From a candidate division TM6 bacterium GW2011_GWF2_28_16 (GTDB lineage: Bacteria > Babelota > Babeliae > Babelales > UASB340), in assembly GCA_000989185.1 (NCBI GenBank), contig LBNX01000005.1, forward strand, positions 11,926 to 75,925: DNA of 64,000 nucleotides, in the 5' to 3' direction. Below are positions 37,519-46,180 of the stretch, piece after piece. Every line of letters starts with the position of its first letter. Positions within the stretch are counted from its first letter, which is position 1. The position numbers were made by a program, and so were the translations under genes. The notes beneath the pieces are model-generated. The model was not told the origin of the DNA. It ran no database searches and saw only the letters and a program-made list of their open reading frames with translations.

Positions 37519-38721
37519 ATGAAATTTAAAAAAATTATTATATTTTTATTAATAATATTTTTTTTATTAAGCTCAAGTTATTTTATTTATAAACAATATT
37601 TTAAAGTATCTCCTGAATTACCATATAAAACAACAAATATAGAAAAACGCGATATATCACAAATTATAAATAGTTCAGGAACTCTAGAAATAAAAGATAC
37701 TTTAAAAATTGGCTCTCTAGTTGCTGGTACAGTAAAACAAATACTAGTCAAAGAAAATGATATTGTTAAAAAAGGCCAAATACTTGCAATAATAGATAAT
37801 GGCAAAGATGATACCGAAGTTCAAGCTGCTCTTGGCCAAGTAAAAAATACACAAGCTCAACTTGATTATCAAGAAAAATATTTTGCACGCCAACAAGAGT
37901 TATTTAAAGCAAATCAAATATCACAAGATTATTTCGAACAAGTTACAAAAGATCTAGAACAATTAAAAGCTAATTTAATAACAAATAAAGCAACACTTAA
38001 AAAGGCTGAAATAGAATATAAAAATACAAGAATAATAGCGCCTGAAGATGGCATAATTATAGCTATATTAGTAACAGAAGGCGAAGCCGTAACTGTAGAT
38101 TTAGACGCAACAGTTTTGTTTAAATTAGCTAAAGATCTTACAAAAATGGAAGCTCAATTAAATATAGACGAAAGTGATATTGGTCAAATAAAAAAAAATC
38201 AAAAAGTAAATTTTACAGTTTCTGCTTATCCAGATAAAAATTTTGAAGGATTTATAACAGACGTAAGTTTTGCACCAAAAATTATTAATAATATATTATC
38301 TTATAAAGCTAGCCTGTGTGTTGAAAATCAAAATATGTTACTACGCCCAGGAATGACAGTTAATGCTGATATAAAAATAGCAAAAAGCAAAAACTGCCTG
38401 GCCATAACAACTCAAGCTTTTCAGATAAATAATAAATTAATAGAAACAGTTGCAAAAAATTTACACCATAAAATAGAATTCGCTAGTAAAAATTCAATTA
38501 AAACACTAGAAGCTAAATGCCAACAGCAAGATGCTGTTAAAAATATTTGGCTTATAAAAGATAATAAATTTATAGAAACCCCAATAATAATTGGTATAAC
38601 GGATGACACTTATTACGAAATAAAATCTGGTATTACAGAACAAGACAAAATTATTATAGATATAGAAGAAACTGATGAACTTAAAAAGATTTATTCTAAA
38701 ATTTATGATAGTGCTGTATAA
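37519..38721 (+). CDS. periplasmic adaptor (membrane fusion protein, HlyD/MacA type), copy 1
   Basis: ATG at 37519 with an aggagag RBS. N-terminal TM, lipoyl-like motif (GTVKQILVKENDIVKKGQILAIID), coiled-coil hairpin and beta-barrel (IIAPEDGIIIAILV). Confidence 0.85.
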   Translation: MKFKKIIIFLLIIFFLLSSSYFIYKQYFKVSPELPYKTTNIEKRDISQIINSSGTLEIKDTLKIGSLVAGTVKQILVKENDIVKKGQILAIIDNGKDDTEVQAALGQVKNTQAQLDYQEKYFARQQELFKANQISQDYFEQVTKDLEQLKANLITNKATLKKAEIEYKNTRIIAPEDGIIIAILVTEGEAVTVDLDATVLFKLAKDLTKMEAQLNIDESDIGQIKKNQKVNFTVSAYPDKNFEGFITDVSFAPKIINNILSYKASLCVENQNMLLRPGMTVNADIKIAKSKNCLAITTQAFQINNKLIETVAKNLHHKIEFASKNSIKTLEAKCQQQDAVKNIWLIKDNKFIETPIIIGITDDTYYEIKSGITEQDKIIIDIEETDELKKIYSKIYDSAV

Positions 38722-38758
38722 GCTATATTTATAAATTATTAAAAAACTTTTTACAATT

Positions 38759-38785
38759 TTGTCATCCTGAATTTATTTCAGGATC
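38759..38785 (+). repeat. palindromic element copy 2 (ttgtcatCctgaa tttat ttcagGatc), intercistronic hairpin
   Basis: 8-bp stem atcctgaa (38764-38771) / ttcaggat (38777-38784). The flanks are identical to the copy at 25950-26009, and the single stem difference is compensated (C-G versus G-C). Confidence 0.5.
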
Positions 38786-38796
38786 CAGGAATATTT

Positions 38797-40026
38797 ATGA
38801 ATATAAAAACTTTAACAAAAATTTCTATTAAATCACTTATGCGTCACAAATGGCGATCAGCGCTAACTATTTTGGGAATAATTGTAGGCATAGCTGCTAT
38901 TATTGCAACACTCGCTATTGGTTATGGAGCCGAAGCAAAATTACGCAAAAAAATACTCGCAATGGGTAAAAATTTTATTTTTATATTTTCAGGCAATGTT
39001 GCACAAGAAGGCAAAACTAATTTAAAACAAAAAGCCCGACCTAATTTTTTGACTAAAAAAGATGTCGATATTTTTAAAAAACAATGCCCACAAATAGATA
39101 AAATTAGCTCTGTAATGTTTTCACGCGATATAGTTAGTTTTAAAAAAAATAATATTCATTCGGATATAAAAGGTGGCAACCCAGATCTTTTAGAAATTAT
39201 AGATAGAAAAATTATTAAGGGTAATTTTTATTCCCAATTACAATATTTAAAAAGCAGTAAAGTTATTGTACTAGGTTTTAAAGCTGCAAAAGAACTTTTT
39301 GGTTTATCAAACCCAATTGGACAACCTGTACAAATTAAAAATATAACTTTTAAAGTAATTGGCGTTATAGATGAAATAAAATATTACGAAGGCTTTGAAG
39401 ATCCTAATTTTGATATTTATATGCCACAAACAACCATAGAAAAACAATTATTACATGACACTAGTCAAAATGTTCATGTAATAGTAATTACAGCAAAAGA
39501 TAAAGCTCAAATGCCATCTATAGTAAGAATTGTTAAAAGAATTTTAAGATTTAGACACAGATTAAAGGACAAAGATCCTGATGATTTTTCTATTATAGAT
39601 CAACAAGAAATGGTCAAAGCAGCAAAAGAATCTTCTAATATTTTAAATTTATTATTATTAATTATTGCTGCAATATCTCTTTTTGTTGGCGGTATAGGTG
39701 TTATGAATATTATGCTAGTTTCTGTGTCAGAAAGAACTCAAGAAATTGGTATTCGCATGGCAATAGGTGCAACAACAAAAAATATACTGTCACAATTTTT
39801 AATAGAAACTATAACACTATGTACACTAGGTGGCATAATGGGCATTATTTTGGGAATTATAACCCCATACATAATCGCACATTTTACAGACTGGCTAGTT
39901 ATACACAAACTTTCTTCGATAATATTATCTTTTACAATTACAACTATTATTGGACTAATTTTTGGATATTATCCAGCAAAAAAAGCTTCTAAATTAAATA
40001 TTGTTGATGCTTTAGTTAATGAATAA
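38797..40026 (+). CDS. MacB/FtsX-type ABC transporter permease, copy 1 (no adjacent ATPase)
   Basis: N-terminal TM (WRSALTILGIIVGIAAIIA), periplasmic MacB_PCD region and C-terminal FtsX domain (GGIGVMNIMLVSVSERTQEIGIRMAIGA). Confidence 0.9.
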   Translation: MNIKTLTKISIKSLMRHKWRSALTILGIIVGIAAIIATLAIGYGAEAKLRKKILAMGKNFIFIFSGNVAQEGKTNLKQKARPNFLTKKDVDIFKKQCPQIDKISSVMFSRDIVSFKKNNIHSDIKGGNPDLLEIIDRKIIKGNFYSQLQYLKSSKVIVLGFKAAKELFGLSNPIGQPVQIKNITFKVIGVIDEIKYYEGFEDPNFDIYMPQTTIEKQLLHDTSQNVHVIVITAKDKAQMPSIVRIVKRILRFRHRLKDKDPDDFSIIDQQEMVKAAKESSNILNLLLLIIAAISLFVGGIGVMNIMLVSVSERTQEIGIRMAIGATTKNILSQFLIETITLCTLGGIMGIILGIITPYIIAHFTDWLVIHKLSSIILSFTITTIIGLIFGYYPAKKASKLNIVDALVNE

Positions 40027-40030
40027 AAAA

Positions 40031-40058
40031 AGCCCATGAGATTAATACTCACGGGCTT
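40031..40058. terminator. hairpin terminator between convergent genes
   Basis: agcccatgag / ctcacgggct arms (one mismatch) with an A-run before and a T-rich tract after. Confidence 0.55.
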
Positions 40059-40078
40059 AAAATATTTTATTTTAAAAC

Positions 40079-41143
40079 TTATAAATCAGCTCTGCACATA
40101 GGGCAAATTTTTTTTTCATTAAACCATAAATCCAAGCATTTTTTATGAAATATATGCCCACATTTTGTTACTGAAATATCATTCTTTTTTAAATCTTTTA
40201 AATCAATTTCAAAAAGTTTTTCTGAACAAATAGAACATTCTTCTTTTAATAAATCATTAAATTGCTCATTCAATGATTTATTAAAACTTTCAAATTCAAA
40301 ATCATTTTGTTTAATTTTAAATTTTAAAACATATGCAACAATATCCCAAAAATATACCTTCGTAATATTATTATTTCCAGATAATATAATTGCGTATGAT
40401 CTATAAACAGGTTTTCTAAATTTATAAAGATCATATTTATCTATATTATCATTTATTTCTTTATTTCTTTTTAATATTTTTTTTACTGCTTTATATGCAA
40501 TAGTTTCAAAATTACCTTCATTCAAAACTAAACTTGATTTACTTTTTTTATTATATTTTTCATCAAAAATTTCAAGGTTTTCTAATGAATAATTATTCTC
40601 CAAAGATTTAGCAAATTTTTCAAATACTTTAACATGTTTTGCATTTTTAGAATTAAGATTATCTTTTAACTCAATTTTTCGAAGAGTGTAATTACTATTT
40701 AAAGCTTTTGCAATACGACTAATAGTTTTCAAATCTAAAGCATCAGAATTAAATGCTATGTGTTGAATAGTAGAATTTTTTTCTAAAAAATTATTAACTA
40801 TTTCAATGTTACTTAAAGAAAAAGACATATTATTAAAACATAGTTTTGATATAGTTATATTTTTATCAAAAACAGTTAACAACTTTCCAAAGTCCTTATC
40901 ATTTATTTTGAGCTTTCCAAAACAAAGCTCTTTTAAATAACTATTTTGTTTTAAAGCATCAATAAATTCATCTAGCTTACTGCCACTAAGTTCTAAATCT
41001 TTCAATTTAATGCTCTCTAATTTTTTATCATTTTTCAGTAGGCGATTTATAACTGCATTTAATCTAATTTTATTTACTTTAGAATTATCAGCGTGCAAAT
41101 TAAACCCAAATAATAATAAAAGAATTAAAATAAATCTTCTCAT
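40079..41143 (-). CDS. secreted LRR protein with C-terminal RING-H2 zinc finger (candidate E3 ubiquitin ligase effector)
   Basis: ATG at 41143 (ggaga RBS 5 nt upstream). Signal peptide MRRFILILLLLFGFNLHA and RI-like LRRs. The C-terminus is CSIC-x21-CGHIFHKKCLDLW-x7-CPMCR, matching C-x2-C-x21-C-x-H-x2-H-x2-C-x10-C-x2-C. Confidence 0.85.
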   Translation of the reverse strand: MRRFILILLLLFGFNLHADNSKVNKIRLNAVINRLLKNDKKLESIKLKDLELSGSKLDEFIDALKQNSYLKELCFGKLKINDKDFGKLLTVFDKNITISKLCFNNMSFSLSNIEIVNNFLEKNSTIQHIAFNSDALDLKTISRIAKALNSNYTLRKIELKDNLNSKNAKHVKVFEKFAKSLENNYSLENLEIFDEKYNKKSKSSLVLNEGNFETIAYKAVKKILKRNKEINDNIDKYDLYKFRKPVYRSYAIILSGNNNITKVYFWDIVAYVLKFKIKQNDFEFESFNKSLNEQFNDLLKEECSICSEKLFEIDLKDLKKNDISVTKCGHIFHKKCLDLWFNEKKICPMCRADL

Positions 41144-41256
41144 TATATCTCCAATAAAAATACCCAATTTAAAAAATATTTTATTTAAAAAGAGTTAGTG
41201 TTATTATAATACTCCTGTAAGGATACACTTTATATTATAAAATTAAGAAGAATATA

Positions 41257-42456
41257 ATGAAAAATCAAAAAATTTTATTAATAATAAGCACTCTTGTGTT
41301 TGCAACAAGCCTTAGTATTTATTTTTTTAAAAAAAAGAATACTACTAAAAAGCAACTCTTTGAAACTGTAAACCCAGAACGCAAAGATTTAATACAATAT
41401 ATAAATGCCTCCGGTACATTAAGAGCAAAAGAAGAAATAACTATAGGAAGTTTAGCTGCAGGAAGAGTTATCGAAATAAAAGCAGATGATAATGATTTTA
41501 TTAAAAAAGACCAAGTATTAGCAATTCTTGACGATGGCATAAATTATAGTGCAGTAAAAAAATTCACAGCATTTTTAGATGAAGCAAAAGCAAATTTAGC
41601 ATATTATAAAAATTATTATGCAAGGCAAACAGAATTATATAAAGCAAACCAAATATCTCAAGATCAATACGAAGAATATACAAAAAATCTAAAAGATTAC
41701 GAAGCTAAAGTAATACAAGCTGTTGGTGAGCTTGAAATGCGTCAGCAAGAATATGATAATTTATTTATAAAATCGCCAACCGATGGCGTTGTGATAGCCA
41801 AAGAAGTTGATTTAGGACAAATGATAACATCTAGATTTCAAGCAACTGTTTTATACAAAATAGCAAAAGACTTACATCACATGGAAGCAAATGTTGATGT
41901 TGACGAAGCTGATGTAGGGCTAGTTCAAGACGGGCAGGATGCAACTTTTACAGTTGATGCATTTCCAAAGAAAAAATTTCATGCAAAAGTACAACAAATT
42001 AGATACTTAGCAAAAATTGTAGATAACGTTGTTACATATGCAACTATATTAGATGTAAATAATCCAGATTTAAAATTAAGACCAGGTATGACAACAAATG
42101 TTGATATTAAAGTTCTTGAAGCAAAAAATGCTTTATGTGTACCAAATAAATGTTTAAGAATTAATAATATAATTCTTGAAACTACAGCAAAAGCTTTAGG
42201 ATATACTGTCAAAACATATTCTGAGACAGATAAAAAAAATGATCATGACCATATTTGGGTTTTAAGAAACAAAACATTTGAACAAATAAAAGTTGATGTT
42301 GGCGCAAAGTACGGAGCTTACACTCAAATAATTACTGACAATATCAAAGACACAGATCAGGTTTTAAGTTTTGTTGATGAAATAAATAAAGAAAATATCT
42401 TATTAAAAGGGCTATTTGCTCAACCTGGGACAATAGGAAATAATGGAAAGAAATAA
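41257..42456 (+). CDS. periplasmic adaptor (membrane fusion protein, HlyD/MacA type), copy 2
   Basis: Paralog of the 37519-38721 product (shared ...ARQ.ELYKANQISQDQYE..., IKSPTDGVVIAKEV, LRPGMTTNVDIKV). Confidence 0.85.
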   Translation: MKNQKILLIISTLVFATSLSIYFFKKKNTTKKQLFETVNPERKDLIQYINASGTLRAKEEITIGSLAAGRVIEIKADDNDFIKKDQVLAILDDGINYSAVKKFTAFLDEAKANLAYYKNYYARQTELYKANQISQDQYEEYTKNLKDYEAKVIQAVGELEMRQQEYDNLFIKSPTDGVVIAKEVDLGQMITSRFQATVLYKIAKDLHHMEANVDVDEADVGLVQDGQDATFTVDAFPKKKFHAKVQQIRYLAKIVDNVVTYATILDVNNPDLKLRPGMTTNVDIKVLEAKNALCVPNKCLRINNIILETTAKALGYTVKTYSETDKKNDHDHIWVLRNKTFEQIKVDVGAKYGAYTQIITDNIKDTDQVLSFVDEINKENILLKGLFAQPGTIGNNGKK

Positions 42457-42458
42457 AA

Positions 42459-43145
42459 GTGGTAATTTTAGAGGCTAAAGATTTAAAAAAAATATATAAA
42501 ATGGGTGAAACGGAAGTTGAGGCTTTAAAAGGTGTAAGCTTAACAATTAATAAAGGCGAATTTGTAGCCATTACAGGAACTTCTGGATCTGGCAAATCTA
42601 CATTAATGCATCTATTAGGCTGCCTAGATACTCCAACAAGTGGTGATTACTTTATTGATAACAAAAATGTTTCACACATGACAAAAGATGAATTAGCTAA
42701 AATACGAAATGAAAAAATCGGTTTTGTTTTTCAAAAATTCTTTTTACTTGCAGATTTAACTGCAACGGACAATGTTGCATTGCCATTATTATATGCAGGA
42801 AAAGCAGAACACGATGCAAAAATAAAAGCCCGGGAATATTTACAAGCTGTTGATCTGGGTGAAAGACTAGATCATTACCCTTATCAACTTTCTGGTGGTC
42901 AACAACAAAGAGTTGCTGTAGCACGCTCTTTAATTAATACCCCTAGTATAATATTAGCAGACGAGCCAACTGGTAATTTAGATACTCAAACTGGCGATAC
43001 TATTATGACTTTATTTTCTAAATTAAATAAAGAACAAAATGTAACAATTATAATTGTGACTCATGAATCGGAAATTGCAAATAAAACGAATAGAATTGTG
43101 CAATTACAAGATGGCAAAATTATTGCAGATAAAAAAATAAGGTAA
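42459..43145 (+). CDS. ABC transporter ATP-binding protein (MacB/LolD type)
   Basis: Walker A GTSGSGKST, signature LSGGQQQRVAVARSL, Walker B ILADEPTGNLD, H-loop VTHE. GTG start 2 nt after the upstream stop. Confidence 0.95.
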   Translation: MVILEAKDLKKIYKMGETEVEALKGVSLTINKGEFVAITGTSGSGKSTLMHLLGCLDTPTSGDYFIDNKNVSHMTKDELAKIRNEKIGFVFQKFFLLADLTATDNVALPLLYAGKAEHDAKIKAREYLQAVDLGERLDHYPYQLSGGQQQRVAVARSLINTPSIILADEPTGNLDTQTGDTIMTLFSKLNKEQNVTIIIVTHESEIANKTNRIVQLQDGKIIADKKIR

Positions 43146-43150
43146 AAACT

Positions 43151-44374
43151 GTGAATAGTTATCAACTTTTACAAACAGCTCTAAGAGCCTTAAATAAACA
43201 TAAATTAAGATCGTTATTAACAACACTTGGTATAATTGTAGGCGTTGTTTCGATTATTGCAGTTATGTCTATTGGTGAAGGTGCAAAATATAGAGTAAAA
43301 AAAGAAATAGAAGGCTTAGGTACGAACTTTATAATAGTTCTTGGTGGCACACCAAAACGATTAATGGCTCAACGTGGTGGCTCTGGTAATTTAACATTAA
43401 AAGAAAAAGATTATCAGGCAATTTTAAATGAATGCGAATATGTTGCTATGGCATCACCAGGTTTACAAAACAGTTTAAAAGCTGTTTACGAAGGTAAAAA
43501 CTGGCAATGTATGGTTGGAGGAGTAAACGAAAAATATTTAGAAATAAGAAAATGGGATTTAGTATCTGGAATATTTTTTGATAAACATGCAATAAAATCT
43601 GGAAAAAAAGTTGCTGTAATAGGTCAAACAATTAAAAAAGAATTATTTGGAACTGTTGATCCAATAGACAAAACAATAAGAATTAAAAAAGTTCCATTTA
43701 AAATTATAGGCATTCTTGGCGAACGTGGCAAAACTCCAGATGGTCGAGATGAAGATGATATAATTATGGTTCCTCTAAAAACCATGCAAAAAAAACTTAT
43801 GGGAATAAAAACACAAAAATATGGTGCCATAATAATTTCTGCAAAAGAAAAAGATAAAATGAATCAAACATCATCAGAAATAAAATCTATTTTAAGACAA
43901 CAGCATAACCTTGCAACAAATGAAGATGATGATTTTACAGTATTTACTCAAGATGATATTTCGCAAGCCTCTGATGCAGCATCTGCTGTTTTAAATTTAT
44001 TATTACTAGTAATTGCATCAATTTCGTTAATTGTTGGCGGTATTGGAATTATGAATATAATGCTTGTTACAGTAACAGAACGCACAAAAGAGATTGGAAT
44101 TCGTATGGCAATAGGTGCAACCACAAGTGCCATATTAAAACAATTTGTTCTTGAAGCTGTTATAATTTGTATGCTTGGAGGATTTTGTGGAATTATTGGT
44201 GGAATTACAATTGCAAAAATTGTAGGACATGCCTTAGGCTGGCCTATTTTTATATCTATTAAATCTATTTTAGTTTCGCTTGCTTCTTCTATAATAATTG
44301 GTTTATTTTTTGGATTTTATCCGGCAAAAAAAGCATCAAAATTAAATGTTGTAGAAGCTTTAATAGAGCAATAA
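43151..44374 (+). CDS. MacB/FtsX-type ABC transporter permease, copy 2
   Basis: Same architecture as the 38797-40026 product (GGIGIMNIMLVTVTERTKEIGIRMAIGA). GTG start with an aaggt RBS. Confidence 0.9.
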   Translation: MNSYQLLQTALRALNKHKLRSLLTTLGIIVGVVSIIAVMSIGEGAKYRVKKEIEGLGTNFIIVLGGTPKRLMAQRGGSGNLTLKEKDYQAILNECEYVAMASPGLQNSLKAVYEGKNWQCMVGGVNEKYLEIRKWDLVSGIFFDKHAIKSGKKVAVIGQTIKKELFGTVDPIDKTIRIKKVPFKIIGILGERGKTPDGRDEDDIIMVPLKTMQKKLMGIKTQKYGAIIISAKEKDKMNQTSSEIKSILRQQHNLATNEDDDFTVFTQDDISQASDAASAVLNLLLLVIASISLIVGGIGIMNIMLVTVTERTKEIGIRMAIGATTSAILKQFVLEAVIICMLGGFCGIIGGITIAKIVGHALGWPIFISIKSILVSLASSIIIGLFFGFYPAKKASKLNVVEALIEQ

Positions 44375-44382
44375 TTATTAAT

Positions 44383-44754
44383 TTAATCTTGAATAACAAC
44401 ACAATAATTAATACCTAACCTAGGGCAAAAACAAGACCATTCAAGCTCATGAATTAAAGTCCCTATACTTTTTGATTCATCAAAATCAAAATCATAATTA
44501 CCATTTTTTCGTGCATTAAAATGTAAATTTTTATTGTCACCAAAATTAATAATAAATTCGCCTATAGATATTTGAATTTTCTCTCCTGCAAGAAACTTTC
44601 TAGCATGAATTTGATTTTGACTATTATCGTCTTTTTGAAGAATTCTTGCATTTATTCCAGATTTATTTTTTATAAAAACACCTCCAGAATAAATTTTAAT
44701 ATTGCTCGATAAAATTAATAATAAAATTAATAAAACAAGTTTTTTCATTTGCAC
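44383..44754 (-). CDS. small secreted protein (123 aa)
   Basis: Signal peptide MQMKKLVLLILLLILSSNIKIYS followed by GGVFIKNKSGINARIL, a beta-module start shared with other secreted ORFs in the window. Confidence 0.55.
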   Translation of the reverse strand: MQMKKLVLLILLLILSSNIKIYSGGVFIKNKSGINARILQKDDNSQNQIHARKFLAGEKIQISIGEFIINFGDNKNLHFNARKNGNYDFDFDESKSIGTLIHELEWSCFCPRLGINYCVVIQD

Positions 44755-44759
44755 ACCCC

Positions 44760-45422
44760 TTAATTAAAATGCGTATGAAAAAATTTTTCTGTAAATACCT
44801 CTTGGCCGTTATATTCTATTTTATACTCATAAGATTCAGTGCTATCAGTAATATTTTTTATTGTACAAAAAAATCTATATATCCCAGGTTTTGATAAATA
44901 TTTATAAACATTGAGACTATCTAAACTTTTTAAAAGCATATTACCTATAAAACAATATACATCACCAGGTAACAATAAATGCTTCCCATTTAAATCTATT
45001 AACATTTGTTCATCTGAATCGTTTTTTAGAAAAATAAAAAAACTTTTTTTGGTTTTAATAGCATAATATATAGATTTTATATTTATGTCAGATAATCCAA
45101 ATCTTGAAATATTTTGGTCATTAGTTTGATATATAATTTTAAAAAATTCTGAATTATATAATATAAAGTCATCTTGCAAAAAACGAATTTCTCTCAATCT
45201 ATTTTTAATATCTAGATAAAAAAAACGAATCTTGCAAGTATTTTTAAAAGAAATTTCTTCGTTGGGCTTTAATTCTAAGCAAAATATTTCATTATCATAT
45301 TCGCAACTTAAAATAAAATTATTCTCAGTATTATTTGAAACTCCAGAATAAGCCTGAATATTATTAACAAAAATTAGGCAACTAACAATTATTATTTTTA
45401 TGTTATCCCAAAACCCCAACAT
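44760..45422 (-). CDS. secreted protein (220 aa), unknown function
   Basis: Hydrophobic N-terminus and a beta-rich, Cys-containing sequence. Lies 5 nt upstream of the next small secreted gene (probable operon). Confidence 0.55.
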   Translation of the reverse strand: MLGFWDNIKIIIVSCLIFVNNIQAYSGVSNNTENNFILSCEYDNEIFCLELKPNEEISFKNTCKIRFFYLDIKNRLREIRFLQDDFILYNSEFFKIIYQTNDQNISRFGLSDINIKSIYYAIKTKKSFFIFLKNDSDEQMLIDLNGKHLLLPGDVYCFIGNMLLKSLDSLNVYKYLSKPGIYRFFCTIKNITDSTESYEYKIEYNGQEVFTEKFFHTHFN

Positions 45423-45449
45423 AAATCCCCCCTTATTTTTTTAAATCCC

Positions 45450-46088
45450 CTATTTATTCCCCATAAATACTAATTTTCTTTCTTTTTTAGCTAATTTATA
45501 AAATTTTTCTTGTAAAATAAATTTTTCAGCTTTTGGGTATATAACTAAATCTTGAGATGCCCAATAAACTAATTTTGCATTTTTATAGGCACAACTTGGC
45601 TGGAACATTCGTATAAGTTCTACTTCATGCAAAGCTGCTTTTGTCACAAAATAGTCTATTTTATAATCCGTTTTTCTTAAAAATGTACGCCAATCAAGGT
45701 TTATTATTTCAGTATTTTGTAAAGAAAGTCTATCAATTAAAAAACTTAAGAATTTTTGCTTTTTCTGTGTGACTTCTATTAAATAAAGTTTTATATCAGG
45801 AAAGAGTATTTTTAATGGTATAGATGGAAACCCTGCCCCTGCTCCAATATCTGCAATAGAACTTATCTTTGATAAATCAACAAAATCTCTTAAAATTATA
45901 GAATCTTGAAAATGCTGTCTTACAATACCTGCAAGATTTGTAATTGCCGTTAAATTAAACTTTTCGTTCCATTCAACCAAAAATTCTGCGTATTTTTGAA
46001 ATTTTTCAACCTGTTCTGGGGTTAAATTTTCTATTTTTGCAAATTCAGCCCAAATAATCTCTTGAGGCTTTTGCTTTATGTTTTTCAT
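45450..46088 (-). CDS. rsmG: 16S rRNA (guanine527-N7)-methyltransferase RsmG (GidB)
   Basis: NLTAITNLAGIVRQHFQDSI and the SAM motif DIGAGAGFPSIPLKILFPD. 212 aa. Confidence 0.9.
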   Translation of the reverse strand: MKNIKQKPQEIIWAEFAKIENLTPEQVEKFQKYAEFLVEWNEKFNLTAITNLAGIVRQHFQDSIILRDFVDLSKISSIADIGAGAGFPSIPLKILFPDIKLYLIEVTQKKQKFLSFLIDRLSLQNTEIINLDWRTFLRKTDYKIDYFVTKAALHEVELIRMFQPSCAYKNAKLVYWASQDLVIYPKAEKFILQEKFYKLAKKERKLVFMGNK

Positions 46089-46180
46089 ATTTGTAGACCT
46101 TTTTTAAAAATATAGCTTTAAAATATCTATTTTTGTTATCTTATATTAGGGAATAAAGCTTTAAATTAAAAGGGGGAGCC

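Noticed and set aside
41144-41167. Longer N-terminal extensions given by the ORF track (TTG/GTG starts) for the LRR-RING gene, and likewise the M16 peptidase (35114), secD (57724), hldE (48829), the MFP-1 gene (37474) and the HPS-family gene (48956)
   Set aside because: In each case an in-frame ATG a few codons downstream begins the signal peptide or the conserved N-terminus. For the LRR-RING gene, the M16 peptidase, secD and MFP-1 that ATG also has a purine-rich RBS at good spacing; for hldE and the HPS-family gene I saw no clear RBS and simply preferred ATG over TTG. The extensions are treated as ORF-caller artefacts.
42344-43830. Minus-strand ORFs overlapping the ABC ATPase and permease genes (42344-42595, 42697-42924, 43162-43350, 43446-43631, 43624-43830, 43948-44133)
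   Set aside because: They are antisense to genes with unambiguous Walker/FtsX motifs, so they are shadow ORFs.
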